Assembly (NCBI GenBank): GCA_965207735.1
Contig: OZ242296.1
Coordinates: 1,760,001 to 1,824,000 of the forward strand
Source: Candidatus Versatilivorator sp.
Lineage (GTDB): Bacteria > Acidobacteriota > Terriglobia > Versatilivoradales > Versatilivoraceae
Length of the DNA stretch: 64,000 bases
Direction of reading: 5' to 3'
Shown: positions 20,605 through 28,830 of the stretch, piece by piece
Layout of the letters: each line of letters starts with the position of its first letter
Position numbering within the stretch: the first letter of the stretch is position 1
The notes under the pieces: generated by a model
What the model was told of the DNA's origin: nothing
The model's input: the letters and a program-made list of their open reading frames with translations, nothing else
The model's database searches: none
Made by a program: the position numbers and the translations under genes

Positions 20605-22053
20605 ATGCCCCGCGGCTATTTTCGTTACCAATCGTTGGAGGAGTTGGACCAGGCGGCCCGTCAGCTCGGGCTGGACCTGCGCCTGGAACCCGACACCCGG
20701 CGCGTCAGCAGCCTGCTGGGACGGCCGGTCCCAATCGGCCACTACCGCGCCGGCAACTCCCTGGCCATCCATCCCATGGAGGGGTGCGACGGCACCCCCC
20801 TCGGCGAGCCGGGTGACCTCACCTACCGGCGATACGATCGATTTGCCCGAGGCGGAGCCAAGCTGATCTGGTTCGAGGCTACTGCCGTGGTCCCGGAAGG
20901 CAGGGCCAATCCCAGGCAGTTGCTGCTCAACCAGGCCAACGCCAAGTCCGTGCAGTCGCTGTTGGATCGAACCCTGGCGGCTCACCGGGAGGTCCATGGA
21001 TCGGTGGACGACCTGGTAGTGGTCTTGCAACTGACCCATTCAGGCCGCTACAGCCATCCTCGGCCCCTACTCTGCCACCACCACCCCATCCTGGACCGGC
21101 TGACCTACCTGGACGGTTCCAGGCGAGTGCCTCTGCCCGCGGATTACCCACTGATGGACGATGCCTCCATCGAACGGCTGGAAGACGCCTACGCCCGGGC
21201 CGCGGGCCTGGCCGCCGCCATCGGGTTTCACGGGATCGACATCAAGCTGACCCACGGCTACTTCGGCAATGAACTGCTGGGGGCCAAGACCAGGAAGGGC
21301 CGCTACGGAGGAGGTCTGCACAACCGGACTCGTTTTCTCAGAAACGCGATCGAAAAAATCAAGGCCGCCACCCACAAACAGTTCCTGCTGGCTTCCCGGA
21401 TCGGAGTCTTCGACGGGCTCCCCTACCGAGCCGGAACAGACAACGGACGGGCTGAGCCCTGGCCCTGTTCCCTGCCCTACCGCCACGGGTTCGGTGTCCA
21501 CGAACAGAGACCTCAGGAACCCGATCTCACCGAACCCAAGCGGGTGATCGCCCTTCTGAAGCAATCGGGGGTGGGCCTGGTCAACGTTTCCATGGGAAAT
21601 CCCTACACCAACCCCCACATCGGGCGCCCCTTCGAAAAGCCCGACGAGGGCAACTACCAGACCCCGGAGCATCCCCTTATCGGGGTGGACCGGCACTTCA
21701 GGCTGTGCGGGGAAATTCAGCAGGCCTTCCCCGACCTGCCCATCGTGGGCACCGGCTACAGTTGGCTGCAGCACTGGCAGCACCACGCCGGGGCGGCCAA
21801 CCTCCGGGACGGCTTGGCCACGATCATGGGCATCGGACGGGGAGCCCTGGCCTATCCCGATCTGCCCACCGACATCCTGACACGAGGGACCCTGAATCCG
21901 GCCACCACCTGCAAGACCCTGACCTTCTGCACCTATCTCATGCGCCAGAAAACCCATCCCTGGGGCCAATACCCCACCGGCTGCCCCCCTTTCGACAAGG
22001 AGGTCTATGGGCCCGTCATCAAGGAAGCCCGATCCCGAAAGCGGCGAGGTTAG
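20605..22053 (+). CDS. NADH:flavin oxidoreductase (Old Yellow Enzyme family)
   Basis: NSLAIHPMEGCD; LQLTHSGR; GFHGIDIKLTHGY; YGGGLHNRTRF. Confidence 0.9.
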   Translation: MPRGYFRYQSLEELDQAARQLGLDLRLEPDTRRVSSLLGRPVPIGHYRAGNSLAIHPMEGCDGTPLGEPGDLTYRRYDRFARGGAKLIWFEATAVVPEGRANPRQLLLNQANAKSVQSLLDRTLAAHREVHGSVDDLVVVLQLTHSGRYSHPRPLLCHHHPILDRLTYLDGSRRVPLPADYPLMDDASIERLEDAYARAAGLAAAIGFHGIDIKLTHGYFGNELLGAKTRKGRYGGGLHNRTRFLRNAIEKIKAATHKQFLLASRIGVFDGLPYRAGTDNGRAEPWPCSLPYRHGFGVHEQRPQEPDLTEPKRVIALLKQSGVGLVNVSMGNPYTNPHIGRPFEKPDEGNYQTPEHPLIGVDRHFRLCGEIQQAFPDLPIVGTGYSWLQHWQHHAGAANLRDGLATIMGIGRGALAYPDLPTDILTRGTLNPATTCKTLTFCTYLMRQKTHPWGQYPTGCPPFDKEVYGPVIKEARSRKRRG

Positions 22054-22061
22054 TTCTGGAC

Positions 22062-23228
22062 CTACTCCTTCTCCAAAACCCAGCGCACGGCTCCCATGTG
22101 GTAGCGCTGGTGCTGGGGAACCCGGTTGCTGTAGTAGGCGGTCAGCAGGGTTCCGTCCTCCATCTGGACGGTCGAGGGATATCCGCCATCGGTGGTTTCT
22201 TCAAGGTTGACGATCCGGGTGGGACGATCCCAGGTCCGGCCTTCGTCCTCACTGGTGCGGTAGCCGATGCCGTGGTGCCCTTTCTCCCGAATCCCGTAGG
22301 TCAGCAGGATGCGCCCATCGGCCATCTCCAGCAGGTGGGCCGGATGGTGCCCGGGAAGCGTCAGGAGCCCCGACCTTACCCAGCGTTTCCCCTCGTCTTC
22401 CGAGACATAGAGCGCCAAGTGGCCGTCGGCGTGACTCCGGGAGGCAGCCAGCCAGCGATCAGGGCCCAGCCGCAACAGGGCCGTCTCGTTGTAGTCATGG
22501 GGCGCTATCTTGACGGCTTCGCCCCAACTCCGTCCGTCGTCCCGACTGAACAAGACGAAGGCGTTGGCTGCCCCTGGAATCTCATGGTAGAAGCTGGCCG
22601 CCAGCAGTTTTCCTTCTCCCTGAACGATGTCTCCAAAAGGAATCAGAAAATCCACCCCCTCCGGCAACTGCACCGCGGAGGATCGACTCCAGCTCCCGCC
22701 GCCGTCCGATGACCGCGCCACCAGCGTGGGCAGGATCTTTTCCCGGAAATCCCGGCCGCCCCATCCCGAGGCCAGCACCACCAGGGATCCGTCATGGGCC
22801 AGTCCGGCGGCCACGTTCATCCGGTTGCTTTCCCCCTCGTGAACGGCCGGGTTGCCCTGTTTTTCCCAGAGGCGGCCGTCCCGGCTGGACCAGCACTCCA
22901 CATCGCCGACGTCCAACCCGTGATAGGGCCGGTTGAAGATGGTCGCCACCACGCTCCCGTCCGGCATCAGGGTCAGGTTGGGCCAGGCACAGACGTTGTC
23001 GATGGCCACGAATCGTTCAGTTCCCTGGTGGAAGACGCCAAGCAACTGCCAGAGGAGGCCGCAGGCCAATCCAATGCCGACGCGACGCGGCCACGCCGCT
23101 CCGGATCGGATCGCGAGCGGCCTGGTCCAACCAGGCCTCGACGCCCGGGACCTTGTTTCTGCCGACATGATTTTGGTCGTATGGATCCGACTTGGCGGTT
23201 TGGGACGCGGTCGTGAGATGGGAAACAT
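22062..23228 (-). CDS. Sialidase-like / BNR (Asp-box) repeat protein; start uncertain
   Basis: Asp boxes SSDGGGSW, SRDDGRSW, SEDEGKRW, SEDEGRTW; DGGYPS..DGTLLTAYY. Confidence 0.85.
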   Translation of the reverse strand: MFPISRPRPKPPSRIHTTKIMSAETRSRASRPGWTRPLAIRSGAAWPRRVGIGLACGLLWQLLGVFHQGTERFVAIDNVCAWPNLTLMPDGSVVATIFNRPYHGLDVGDVECWSSRDGRLWEKQGNPAVHEGESNRMNVAAGLAHDGSLVVLASGWGGRDFREKILPTLVARSSDGGGSWSRSSAVQLPEGVDFLIPFGDIVQGEGKLLAASFYHEIPGAANAFVLFSRDDGRSWGEAVKIAPHDYNETALLRLGPDRWLAASRSHADGHLALYVSEDEGKRWVRSGLLTLPGHHPAHLLEMADGRILLTYGIREKGHHGIGYRTSEDEGRTWDRPTRIVNLEETTDGGYPSTVQMEDGTLLTAYYSNRVPQHQRYHMGAVRWVLEKE

Positions 23229-23289
23229 GGTGACGTTGACCTCCGTCGTTCGATGGGTTATTACCTGCTCCTGAACCCCTCCCGTGACT

Positions 23290-23320
23290 ACTCTTCACTC
23301 TTCACTCTTCACTCTTCACT
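23290..23320. repeat. Heptamer tandem repeat (ACTCTTC)4 overlapping the recD2 stop
   Basis: actcttcactcttcactcttcactcttcact; recD2 TGA at 23316-23318. Confidence 0.9.
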
Positions 23321-25577
23321 CGACACTTGCCTTCGGTTGTACCTTGGAGGCCGCGCCACCCTGCAGCCGGCTGAGAAGTCCGGAATAGCGGCGCTCCTGC
23401 TTGTCATTCCTGACCGCCATGTGCAGTGCCCGGGCTTGCCCAATGACCACCACCAGCTTCTTTCCACGAGTGATCCCAGTGTAGATCAGATTGCGTTGAA
23501 GCAGCAGATATTGCTGCATAGCCAGGGGAATGACCACCACCGGGAATTCCGAGCCCTGGCTCTTGTGGATGGAGATGGCAAACCCTGGAGAAAGCTGGTC
23601 CAGTTCGTTGAAGTCGTAAGTCACCTTCTGACTCTCGAATCGGATGGCCACACCCTTGTCCAGCGGGTCGACCATTTCTATGCGGCCCATGTCTCCGTTG
23701 AAGACATTCTTGTCGTAGTTGTTCTCCATCTGAATGACCTTGTCCCCGACACGGAATATCCATCCGAACTTCTCGATCTCCGCCCGTCCCGGACGAGCGG
23801 GGTTGAGTAGATCTTGCAGCCCCCGGTTCACCTCCCGGGCACCCAGCGACCCGCGATGCATGGGACAGAGCACCTGGATGTCCCGGATGGCGTCGACACC
23901 CAGTCGTCCGGGGATCCTTTCCTGGATCAACCTCGACATCAGCCCTGTGATCTGCTCCGGATCCTCCCTCTCCAGAAAGTAAAAGTCCGAGTCGGGAGCA
24001 TTGCCCGAGACCGGAGACGGCGCCTTGCCGTGATTGACCTCGTGAGCGGTAGTGATGATCCGGCTGTCTCTCGACTGACGAAAGACTTCTTTCAACCGAA
24101 CCACCGGCACCACCCCGCTGGCGATCGCGTGGTGCAGAACCATCCCCGGCCCCACCGAGGGAAGCTGGTCCACATCTCCAACCAGAATCAGCGAGCCGCC
24201 GGGGGGATGGGCAGCCAGCAGATGGCTCATGAGCGGGACGTCCAGCATGGAACATTCGTCGACCACCAACAGATCGCATTGCAGGGGATTTCGCCGGTTC
24301 CTGGCGAATCGACCCGTGGCCGGATTGACCTCGAGCATACGGTGGATGGTCTTGGCCTCCATTCCAGTAGCCTGGGAAAGCCGCTTGGCGGCCCGGCCCG
24401 TGGGAGCGCACAACAGGCATTTCACTTTCTTGGCTCTGAGAATCATCAGGATCGAGTTCATCAGGGTGGTCTTGCCCACTCCAGGTCCACCCGTAATCAC
24501 CAGAACCCGGTGCCTCAAGGCCTGGACCAGAGCCTCTCTCTGACTTTCCGCCAGGATCTTGCCCGAGCGCTGCTGGCACCAGGCAATGGCCTTTTCCAGG
24601 TCGATCGGAGGATAGTTGGCGGAAGTCCGGGCCAACCGGCTGATCCTGCCGGCAATGACTTTTTCGGCGCTCGCCAGGTGCGGCAAAAAGACCAGGGCTT
24701 CCCCCTCCAGGCTTTCCTGCAGCAGTTGTCCTTGAGCAATCATCCAGGCCAGGGCTTCTTCCACGATTGATTCAGCGATTTCAAGGATCTTTACGGCCTC
24801 CTGGTGAAGCTGGGAGGCAGGAAGCGCACAGTGGCCGTTCTGGGTCGCTTCCAGCAGAACGTGGTTGAGACCGGCCCGCGCCCGTAGGGCCGAGTCCCGC
24901 GAGATTCCGACATTGGCGGCAATCTGGTCGGCCGTCTTGAACCCCACACCCGGGATGTCCTGGCTCAACCTGTAGGGATTCTCCCGGACCTGGGCCACGG
25001 CATTCGACCCATAGGTTCTGTAGATTCGGGTCGCCCTTCGGGTTCCGACCCCGTGAGAGTGAAGGAAGAGCATGATTTCCCGGATGGCCTTCTGATCCGA
25101 CCAGGCCTGAGTGATGCGCCTCCTGCGACCCGGACCGATCCCTTCGACGGCTTCCAGGCAAGCAGGGTGCTCCTCGATGATTTCAAAGATCTCCTTCCCG
25201 AATTTCTGTACCAGCTTTCGGGCGTATACCCGTCCGATGCCTTTGACCATACCGCTAGCCAGGTACTTTTCGATGCCTTCAGCCGTGGTGGGCGGGATAC
25301 ACCGGAGCTGGTCGGCCTTGAACTGGCGCCCGTGGTTCTTGTCGATGACCCAGGCGCCTTCGGCGTTGAGCCACTCTCCGGAGTTGACGGTCGGGGCCGA
25401 CCCCACCACGGTCACCAGGTCCCGTTGCCCCCTGACCTTGACCTGAAGCACGCAGAAACCGTTCTCCTCGCTGAAGAAGGTCACCCGCTCAATGGCGCCT
25501 TCGAGTCGGTCAGAAACCGACGGGGGCGAAGCTCCCGGCTCCGATCGTCCCTTTTTCCCAGATGGAGATAATGGCAT
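23316..25577 (-). CDS. recD2: ATP-dependent RecD-like DNA helicase RecD2
   Basis: VKGIG HhH; GVGFKTADQIA; Walker A GGPGVGKT; VVDECSM; LVGDVDQLPSVG; SIHKSQGSEF; LIYTGITRGK. Confidence 0.95.
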   Translation of the reverse strand: MPLSPSGKKGRSEPGASPPSVSDRLEGAIERVTFFSEENGFCVLQVKVRGQRDLVTVVGSAPTVNSGEWLNAEGAWVIDKNHGRQFKADQLRCIPPTTAEGIEKYLASGMVKGIGRVYARKLVQKFGKEIFEIIEEHPACLEAVEGIGPGRRRRITQAWSDQKAIREIMLFLHSHGVGTRRATRIYRTYGSNAVAQVRENPYRLSQDIPGVGFKTADQIAANVGISRDSALRARAGLNHVLLEATQNGHCALPASQLHQEAVKILEIAESIVEEALAWMIAQGQLLQESLEGEALVFLPHLASAEKVIAGRISRLARTSANYPPIDLEKAIAWCQQRSGKILAESQREALVQALRHRVLVITGGPGVGKTTLMNSILMILRAKKVKCLLCAPTGRAAKRLSQATGMEAKTIHRMLEVNPATGRFARNRRNPLQCDLLVVDECSMLDVPLMSHLLAAHPPGGSLILVGDVDQLPSVGPGMVLHHAIASGVVPVVRLKEVFRQSRDSRIITTAHEVNHGKAPSPVSGNAPDSDFYFLEREDPEQITGLMSRLIQERIPGRLGVDAIRDIQVLCPMHRGSLGAREVNRGLQDLLNPARPGRAEIEKFGWIFRVGDKVIQMENNYDKNVFNGDMGRIEMVDPLDKGVAIRFESQKVTYDFNELDQLSPGFAISIHKSQGSEFPVVVIPLAMQQYLLLQRNLIYTGITRGKKLVVVIGQARALHMAVRNDKQERRYSGLLSRLQGGAASKVQPKASVE

Positions 25578-25626
25578 GTCTTCTCGAGCCCCCTTTCGCG
25601 CAGCCACCCGGCTGCAAGAGTTGATT

Positions 25627-25705
25627 AAGGACACGAAGGGAAAAAGTCATCCACGAAGGGTCACGAAGGATGGCGGAGAGACAGGAAGAAAAACTCAAGG
25701 GAAAA
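25627..25705 (+). repeat. Degenerate fragment of the unit A end
   Basis: gacacgaagggaaaaagtcatccacgaagggtcacgaagg resembles aaaagacttatccacgaagggacacgaag. Confidence 0.6.
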
Positions 25706-25762
25706 TGAGTTTGTTGGCCGCCGAGCGCCGGCAGGTGCTGCGCTCTTGCTCAAACGCTGAGG

Positions 25763-26215
25763 TCAAGAAGCCGGCGGCCGGTCATGGAACGGGTCCCGCC
25801 GGTCGAGTTCGGGGAACAAGGAAAAGTCGCGGTCCCGGGTAAGCAGGAATTCAACGCCGTGGGCGATACAGATCGCCGCAATCCGAGCGTCGTGCACGAT
25901 GGCTCCCCGTACTCGCGGACGCTGAACCAAGGCGCCCAGGATCTCCAAGAAATCATCCGTCTCACCGAGAAGGCGATTGCCTGGCGATGCCGCCCAGGCT
26001 TCGAGTTGCTGCCAGGCATGTTGCGGTGGAGTGGCTGCTTCCCTCCAGATTCGGTGATTTGTCACCACGCTTAGAAACTCGTAGCAGCATGGCCAGGGAA
26101 TCGCCCAAACCCTGTCTCCTTCAGCCAACGCCCGCAAAACCTCACGGGCTGCCTCGTGCAATCTTGACTCCCTGCGGTGGGCGTAGACAAGCAAGTTCGT
26201 ATCGACTGCAATCAA
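25763..26215 (-). CDS. vapC: Type II toxin, VapC/PIN ribonuclease
   Basis: MIAVDTNLLVYA; EFLSVVT; HDARIAA; LLTRDRDF. Confidence 0.92.
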   Translation of the reverse strand: MIAVDTNLLVYAHRRESRLHEAAREVLRALAEGDRVWAIPWPCCYEFLSVVTNHRIWREAATPPQHAWQQLEAWAASPGNRLLGETDDFLEILGALVQRPRVRGAIVHDARIAAICIAHGVEFLLTRDRDFSLFPELDRRDPFHDRPPAS

Positions 26216-26460
26216 TGTCTCTCCGGCTCACCGTAGATCATTCCACGCAGATCCTGCCACGAAAAAGCCTCCAGCGGGTCGGCAGCCTCTGGATCTCCGG
26301 TGCTCAGATCCGGCAACCGGTACCGGTTCCGTGACTCAGGCAGGGAGAGCAGTTGCCGGAGGCCCTCCTCCACCACGGAACGCAACGAACACCCTTTTTT
26401 CCTGGCGCGCTGTTTGGCGCGTGCCAGCAACTCGTCATGGATATCAATCGTCGTCTTCAT
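26212..26460 (-). CDS. vapB: Type II antitoxin, VapB (RHH-like)
   Basis: MKTTIDIHDELL..SLRSVVEEGLR; 4-nt overlap with vapC. Confidence 0.88.
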   Translation of the reverse strand: MKTTIDIHDELLARAKQRARKKGCSLRSVVEEGLRQLLSLPESRNRYRLPDLSTGDPEAADPLEAFSWQDLRGMIYGEPERH

Positions 26461-26465
26461 GAGAG

Positions 26466-26502
26466 CCATACTAGCAATATTAAATAGTATGGGCAACCCA
26501 TA
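26466..26502 (-). promoter_or_regulatory. Putative vapBC autoregulatory operator
   Basis: AT-rich patch with overlapping inverted repeats ccatacta/tagtatgg and tatggg-caa-cccata directly upstream of vapB. Confidence 0.5.
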
Positions 26503-26549
26503 TTCAAAATCGCCGGCCAAGTCACCTTTCCTGTCAAGAACCGGCAAAC

Positions 26550-27312
26550 TCTGACAAGTGTCGCCCCCGCTCTGTCGTGCGGATCATAAGAGAGTGAAAC
26601 TATCAGAAATCGACCAATCCCTTCGCGACCTTGGTATCCCGTTACGGTTCACCTCAACGCCTTAGTGGCCCTTCGTCGTTCTTCGTGCCCCTTCGTGGAA
26701 AAGTCTTTTTCTTTGTCTTTTGTCGGTTGTTTCAGGCAAGCCCGGCCCCCGCCGTGCCAGGCGGATCATTCAGAGGAGAAACAGCCAGCTGTTTGCGTTT
26801 TGGAAAGAAATAGGACCAGAGGCCGCTGCACGGGACGCTGACTGGGAATCGGGGCGTTGGGCACGGCCAAGGCTCGCCACGGGGAAGATCAATCGAGAAG
26901 GACTAAGAATTGAACATGGATGCACAGGATGCACAGGACGAGAGCTTCCTGCACCAGAAGCCAACTCGGGCGATGATCCGGTGCGGATTTGCGGATGTCC
27001 AGGACTGCAAGCCAGCCGTCTTCAGAAAAAATCCTGTGCATCCTGTGCATCCATGTGAATAAACCAACTACCCATGCTTGACCTTGAGCCGGTCTCCAGC
27101 CACCCGGCGCCCGGGTTGTTTCAGACAAGTCCCGCCCCCGCCCTGGTGTGCGGATCATACATAGAGTGAAACAATCAGAAATCGATCAACCCTTCGCGAA
27201 CTTGGTACCCCGTCGCGGCCAACCTCAGCGCCTTAGTGTCCCTTCGTCGTTCTTCGTGCCCCTTCGTGGATAAGTCTTTTTTCTTTTGTCTTTTTCGGTT
27301 GTTTCAGACAAG
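26550..27312 (-). repeat. Composite repeat: A + A end + C + B (26909-27060) + linker + A
   Basis: Junction cores at 26550, 26732, 27121, 27304; A periods 182 and 183 bp. Confidence 0.93.
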
Positions 27313-28818
27313 GATTTCGCGAACGACCCTGGGTTCGAAGTTGAAGGTGATCTTTTCCCTGAGCCCGCTGCGTTCGAAGAAGAGTTCTTCGTGGTGCAGG
27401 CCCAGCAGGTGCAGAATGGTGGCGTGCAGATCCTCGATGCTCACCGGGTTCTCCACCGCCCGATAGCCGAATTCGTCGGTGGCCCCGTAGACCGTTCCTC
27501 CCTTGACTCCCCCACCGGCCATCCAGAGGCTGAAGCCCCGGGGATTGTGGTCCCGGCCGGCCACACCCTGTTTGGGCATGATCTGGGCGATAGGATGGCG
27601 CCCGAACTCGCCGGCCCAGATCACCAGGGTGCTGTCCAGCAGTCCCCGCTCTTTCAAGTCCGCCAGCAAAGCGGCCACCGGCTGATCGGTTCGGTCGCAA
27701 CAGGACCTCAGGTCGGCCTCCAGGTGGGAATGGGAGTCCCAGATCTGGCTGTTCACGCATACCTGCACGTAGCGGACGCCGCGCTCCACCAGGCGCCGGG
27801 CCATGATGCAACGGCGGCCGTAGTTGTCGGGACCGGGGTTCACATGGGTCTTTCCCACCACCGCCGGCTTTCTGCCGACGCCATACATCTCCAGGGTTGT
27901 GGGGCTTTCCCGGGACAAGTCCAGCGCATCGGTAGCTTCCAGCTGCAGGCGTGCGGCCAACTCATAGCTGGCGATGCGGGCATCCAACTCGGGTAGCCCC
28001 GGACGGTCCCTCCGGTGGATCCGGTCGAGCTGCTGGCGGAGATGGGTCCCCATCCTCACCAGCGCGGTCGGCTCCTCGACCTCGGGGCGCAGATTCAGCA
28101 AGGGTTCTCCCACCGAGCGCAAGCGCGTCCCCTGGTAGATGGGAGGCAGAAACCCCGACTGCCAGTTGGCGATGCCGTTGATTGGCAGGCCCTGGGGATC
28201 ATCCAGCACCACGAAGGCCGGCAGGTTCCGGTTCTCGGTTCCCAGTCCGTACACCACCCAGGCCCCCAGGGTCGGCAGGCCCGGCAGCATGCGCCCCCCC
28301 TGAAACTTGTAGAGCGCCGCCGGATGGGCCGGACTGGTGGTGTGCATGGACCGGATGACGGCGATGTCGTCCACCCGCCGGGCGATATGGGGCATGGCCT
28401 CGGACACCCAGGTGCCGGACTGGCCGTGCTGGGCAAACTTGAAGGGACTACGCAACAACCCGCCGGCCTGCTGAGGCGACGGCACATCCACGGCCACCTG
28501 GTCGAAATAGGGCTCTCCGTGGTGCTTGTCCAGCATCGGTTTGGGGTCCAACAGATCCATGGGACTGGGGCCGCCATTCATGAACAGCAGAATGACCGAC
28601 TTGGCCTTGGTCTCGAAATGGGGCTTCCTGGGAGCGACATCGTAGATTCGGCCGCGGCCGGGAGCCGGTGACTCGGACCTGCCCGCCAGGCTGGACATGC
28701 CAAAGAGGTCCCGCGTTAGCAGGTGGGTAAGGGCTACCCCGTAGATGCCGTCGGAGACTCGCCCGAAGAAATGGCGGCGGGTCATGGACCGAGTTGATCG
28801 GTGGCGTGCTTGTTTCAC
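27304..28818 (-). CDS. DUF1501 family protein
   Basis: TRRHFF; AKSVILLFMNGGPSPMDLLDPKP; ARRLVERGVRYV; GEFGRHP; GRDHNP. Confidence 0.92.
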   Translation of the reverse strand: MKQARHRSTRSMTRRHFFGRVSDGIYGVALTHLLTRDLFGMSSLAGRSESPAPGRGRIYDVAPRKPHFETKAKSVILLFMNGGPSPMDLLDPKPMLDKHHGEPYFDQVAVDVPSPQQAGGLLRSPFKFAQHGQSGTWVSEAMPHIARRVDDIAVIRSMHTTSPAHPAALYKFQGGRMLPGLPTLGAWVVYGLGTENRNLPAFVVLDDPQGLPINGIANWQSGFLPPIYQGTRLRSVGEPLLNLRPEVEEPTALVRMGTHLRQQLDRIHRRDRPGLPELDARIASYELAARLQLEATDALDLSRESPTTLEMYGVGRKPAVVGKTHVNPGPDNYGRRCIMARRLVERGVRYVQVCVNSQIWDSHSHLEADLRSCCDRTDQPVAALLADLKERGLLDSTLVIWAGEFGRHPIAQIMPKQGVAGRDHNPRGFSLWMAGGGVKGGTVYGATDEFGYRAVENPVSIEDLHATILHLLGLHHEELFFERSGLREKITFNFEPRVVREILV

Positions 28819-28830
28819 GGTTGCGCGGGT

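Noticed and set aside
26580-26640. Unit A as a transposase remnant (one frame reads ..SEIDQPFATL.. in some copies)
   Set aside because: Resemblance to VEHPFGT-type motifs is too short and the frame is not preserved across copies.
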